A DNA stretch of 64,000 bases from Trichoplax adhaerens. Taxonomy: Eukaryota; Animalia; Placozoa. A model generated the notes under the pieces. The model ran no database searches. It saw nothing but the letters and a program-made list of their open reading frames with translations, and was not told where the DNA came from. The DNA lies in assembly GCF_000150275.1 (NCBI RefSeq), contig NW_002060943.1:3003264-3067263 (forward strand). Reading direction: 5' to 3'. Within the stretch, counting starts at the first letter, position 1. Every line of letters begins with the position of its first letter. Position numbers and translations under genes: made by a program. This document shows, one piece after another, positions 63,134-64,000 of this stretch.

Positions 63134-64000
63134 GAAATTGTCCTGCTCATATTAATGGCGATATTAGCAATTGGACGTCCTTAGGGAGATACAATTTCTA
63201 TATCTGGACAGCAGAGAGTACTCCAAATGTTTTTTACTACACATCGGCAGCGTAAATCGCTAGCCTCAAGTACTCTATCGCTGCCATGTAGTCCAGGTAT
63301 GTCCACGATTGTACACTTACAATGTACAGTAGTAAAGACCCCCCCCCCCCCCGTATTAATACAGTACTGAAGAACTGTGCTGGAAGAAGACGCTGCTTTC
63401 TGTTATGCTCAACGTCAAAAAGGAATGGCCACAAGTGGTCTTGATAATGTCTTCAATATGTCATTAACCAGTCATTACTTGTCATCCCATATCGCGCTGT
63501 AGAATTCATGTTGGTCCATGCTGCGTTTTTTAGGAAGCTTTCAGTTGGCATGCATTCAAGTTCTACTGTTTCGGATAATATCATACTGTACAGTGTTGGA
63601 CACTTTGGGGCTATTTCCAATTTTATCGGGATGGAGGAAGAATTCAGGAAACGGAATGGACTGTACCTGTCCAGTGAGTGAGTGTACCATTGACTTTCAA
63701 GACTTACCAATGCAGTAGTGTATCTATTAGCGCAAGAATCGATCACGTCCTTGCTCAGAAATCATCGACATACCGTATACAGCAGTATGTACAGTATATG
63801 CCATCACTTGAGCCTGACGTCAATGGCATAGGCACGGATGTCTATTTCGATTTGACTTGATGTTTCAGTTTATTGCCTGTGCTGCAAGATCAATTAAAAT
63901 TCTCAAGGGTTTATTGATCGCCATGCAGTTTCTGTACTAGTCCCTGCCTCAGTGATATACGTACAGTACTGTAGCAAGATTGGTAAACGATGCTGAACCC

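Noticed and set aside
62083-63860. Cluster of short ORFs at the right end
   Set aside because: They derive from the tandem repeat or low-complexity sequence, frames are not preserved between copies, and there are no protein motifs.

Overview
AT-rich eukaryotic genomic DNA with short GT-AG introns. The gene content and compactness suggest an early-branching animal, most likely a placozoan such as Trichoplax (inference, not verified). The window has two parts. The left part (1-30 kb) is lineage-specific. It holds a head-to-head pair of photolyase/cryptochrome genes of bacterial class I/III type (the left copy runs off the window and was missed by the ORF track), a spliced gene carrying a Ty3/gypsy Gag-like domain, a disrupted orphan gene, a large alpha-helical orphan, a 5-exon MADF/BESS-type protein and an intronless class A GPCR in a gene-poor stretch. 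The right part (31-61 kb) holds conserved metazoan genes: CRCP/RPC9 (missed by the ORF track), CCDC157, CCDC92, an ASPHD2-like gene and a GIT ArfGAP, plus several tandem repeats. The best candidate for a new system is the photolyase pair. The complete copy keeps the FAD pocket but has lost several CPD-binding residues and the distal Trp of the photoreduction triad, and has a bipartite NLS. The two genes share a spacer containing p53-type sites. The second candidate is the apparently domesticated Gag gene with a possible death-fold N-terminal exon. No tRNA, rRNA or CRISPR array was seen. All alignments were done by eye against remembered family motifs.
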